From the NCBI GenBank assembly GCA_964405225.1, contig CAYOND010000015.1, positions 4,939 to 68,938 of the forward strand: DNA of 64,000 nt, written 5' to 3'. The position numbers and the translations under genes are program-made. This document shows positions 63,455 to 64,000 of the stretch, in pieces. Source of the DNA: an uncultured Pseudohongiella sp. GTDB lineage: Bacteria; Pseudomonadota; Gammaproteobacteria; Pseudomonadales; Pseudohongiellaceae. The notes under the pieces were generated by a model. That model ran no database searches. It saw nothing but the letters and a program-made list of their open reading frames with translations, and was not told where the DNA came from. Numbering within the stretch: the stretch's first letter is position 1; every line of letters begins with the position of its first letter.

Positions 63455-64000
63455 GTGCGAAGTCTCGAAACGAAACAGTGCAGGCGATTCATCGAGCAAG
63501 GTCTGCTGGTTTCACGTTAATTGAAGTCATCATGTCGCTGGCATTGACTACCATGCTCTTGGGTCTTCTAAGTACTGGTGTATATATCGTGGCGGATGAC
63601 TGGAACCGCAATTCGGACATCCTTGATGAGGAGCTGGATGAAGCGCTGGTTATTCTGCAACTGGAACGCGCGCTGCAGGCGGCTTTCCCACACAGCTTTA
63701 CGAATCGGGAATTACTGGCACGCCAGATTCACTTCACCGGTGACAGCAGCGAGATCAGTTGGGTGTCCAGTGTGTCGCCACAACGTACGCCGGGTCTTAT
63801 GGCGTGGTATCTGTACTCCGAACGGGATGAAGGCGTTTTTCTCACGATGGCTCCGGCCATGAGTGATGATCCACTAAGCCGTCTGGAAGAAGCAGAACCC
63901 ATCCTGATTCTGCCTGGATACACGCTGGAGGTTTCCTATTTATTCCAGGATCTGAATGAAAGCAAATCCTGGACTGATGAATGGGAGGCGCGCGAGCTCA
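63451..64000 (+). CDS. gspJ: Minor pseudopilin GspJ-like (partial, continues past the window end)
   Basis: My own translation from the ATG at 63451 (ATGA overlap with the gspI stop) gives MSAKSRNETVQAIHRARSAG|FTLIEVIMSLALTTML... The frame stays open to position 64000. It is absent from the ORF track because there is no stop in the window. Confidence 0.6.
   Translation, partial: MSAKSRNETVQAIHRARSAGFTLIEVIMSLALTTMLLGLLSTGVYIVADDWNRNSDILDEELDEALVILQLERALQAAFPHSFTNRELLARQIHFTGDSSEISWVSSVSPQRTPGLMAWYLYSERDEGVFLTMAPAMSDDPLSRLEEAEPILILPGYTLEVSYLFQDLNESKSWTDEWEAREL

Noticed and set aside
62160-63540. Recurrent similar DNA segments at the 5' ends of four consecutive genes (encoding G-F-T-L-[LI]-E-[IV])
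   Set aside because: This is not a DNA repeat family or a recombination substrate. It is the conserved prepilin cleavage and N-terminal helix motif of the pseudopilins GspG, H, I and J.

Overview
This is an origin-proximal core chromosome segment of a gammaproteobacterium. Gene order follows the Pseudomonas-type map closely, which is an inference from remembered synteny.

**Minus strand, 1-17113:** glmU (partial, runs off the 5' edge and is missing from the ORF track), atpCDGAHFEBI, parB-parA, rsmG, mnmG, a 368-bp AT-rich gap, then mnmE, yidC, yidD, rnpA and rpmH (45 codons, below the ORF-track cutoff).

**Strand switch at 17114-17545:** dnaA-dnaN-recF-gyrB follow on the plus strand.

**Housekeeping genes after gyrB:**
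- PlsC-family acyltransferase, gmhB, glyS and glyQ
- LpxL-family acyltransferase, trkH, trkA, rsmB, fmt and def
- A LysM (TsaP-like) protein, dprA, an orphan purE, tsaC, hemF and aroE

**Where the Pseudomonas-like synteny breaks:**
- A five-gene A-family heme-copper oxidase operon at 40377-45374. Subunit II is fused to a di-heme cytochrome c, there are two subunit-III paralogues, and a small subunit IV is present. ctaB and Sco lie divergently next to it.
- znuCB/znuA, polA, engB, cytochrome c4 and dsbA.
- From 55367 to the 3' edge, a translationally coupled type II secretion-like operon in a non-canonical order: L-like, M-like, E, F, lipoprotein secretin D, G, H, I, J. No GspC was seen in the window.

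By eye I found no rRNA or tRNA genes, CRISPR arrays, transposases, integrases or phage genes. Most of the window is ordinary core genome. The T2SS-like locus and the oxidase block are the only accessory-looking parts, and I cannot show from sequence alone that either is undescribed.

**Non-coding signals seen:** two parS-like palindromes inside recF, two competing oriC-like gaps, a Zur-box-like palindrome at znuA, several clear rho-independent terminators, and unusually long structured spacers inside the atp operon.
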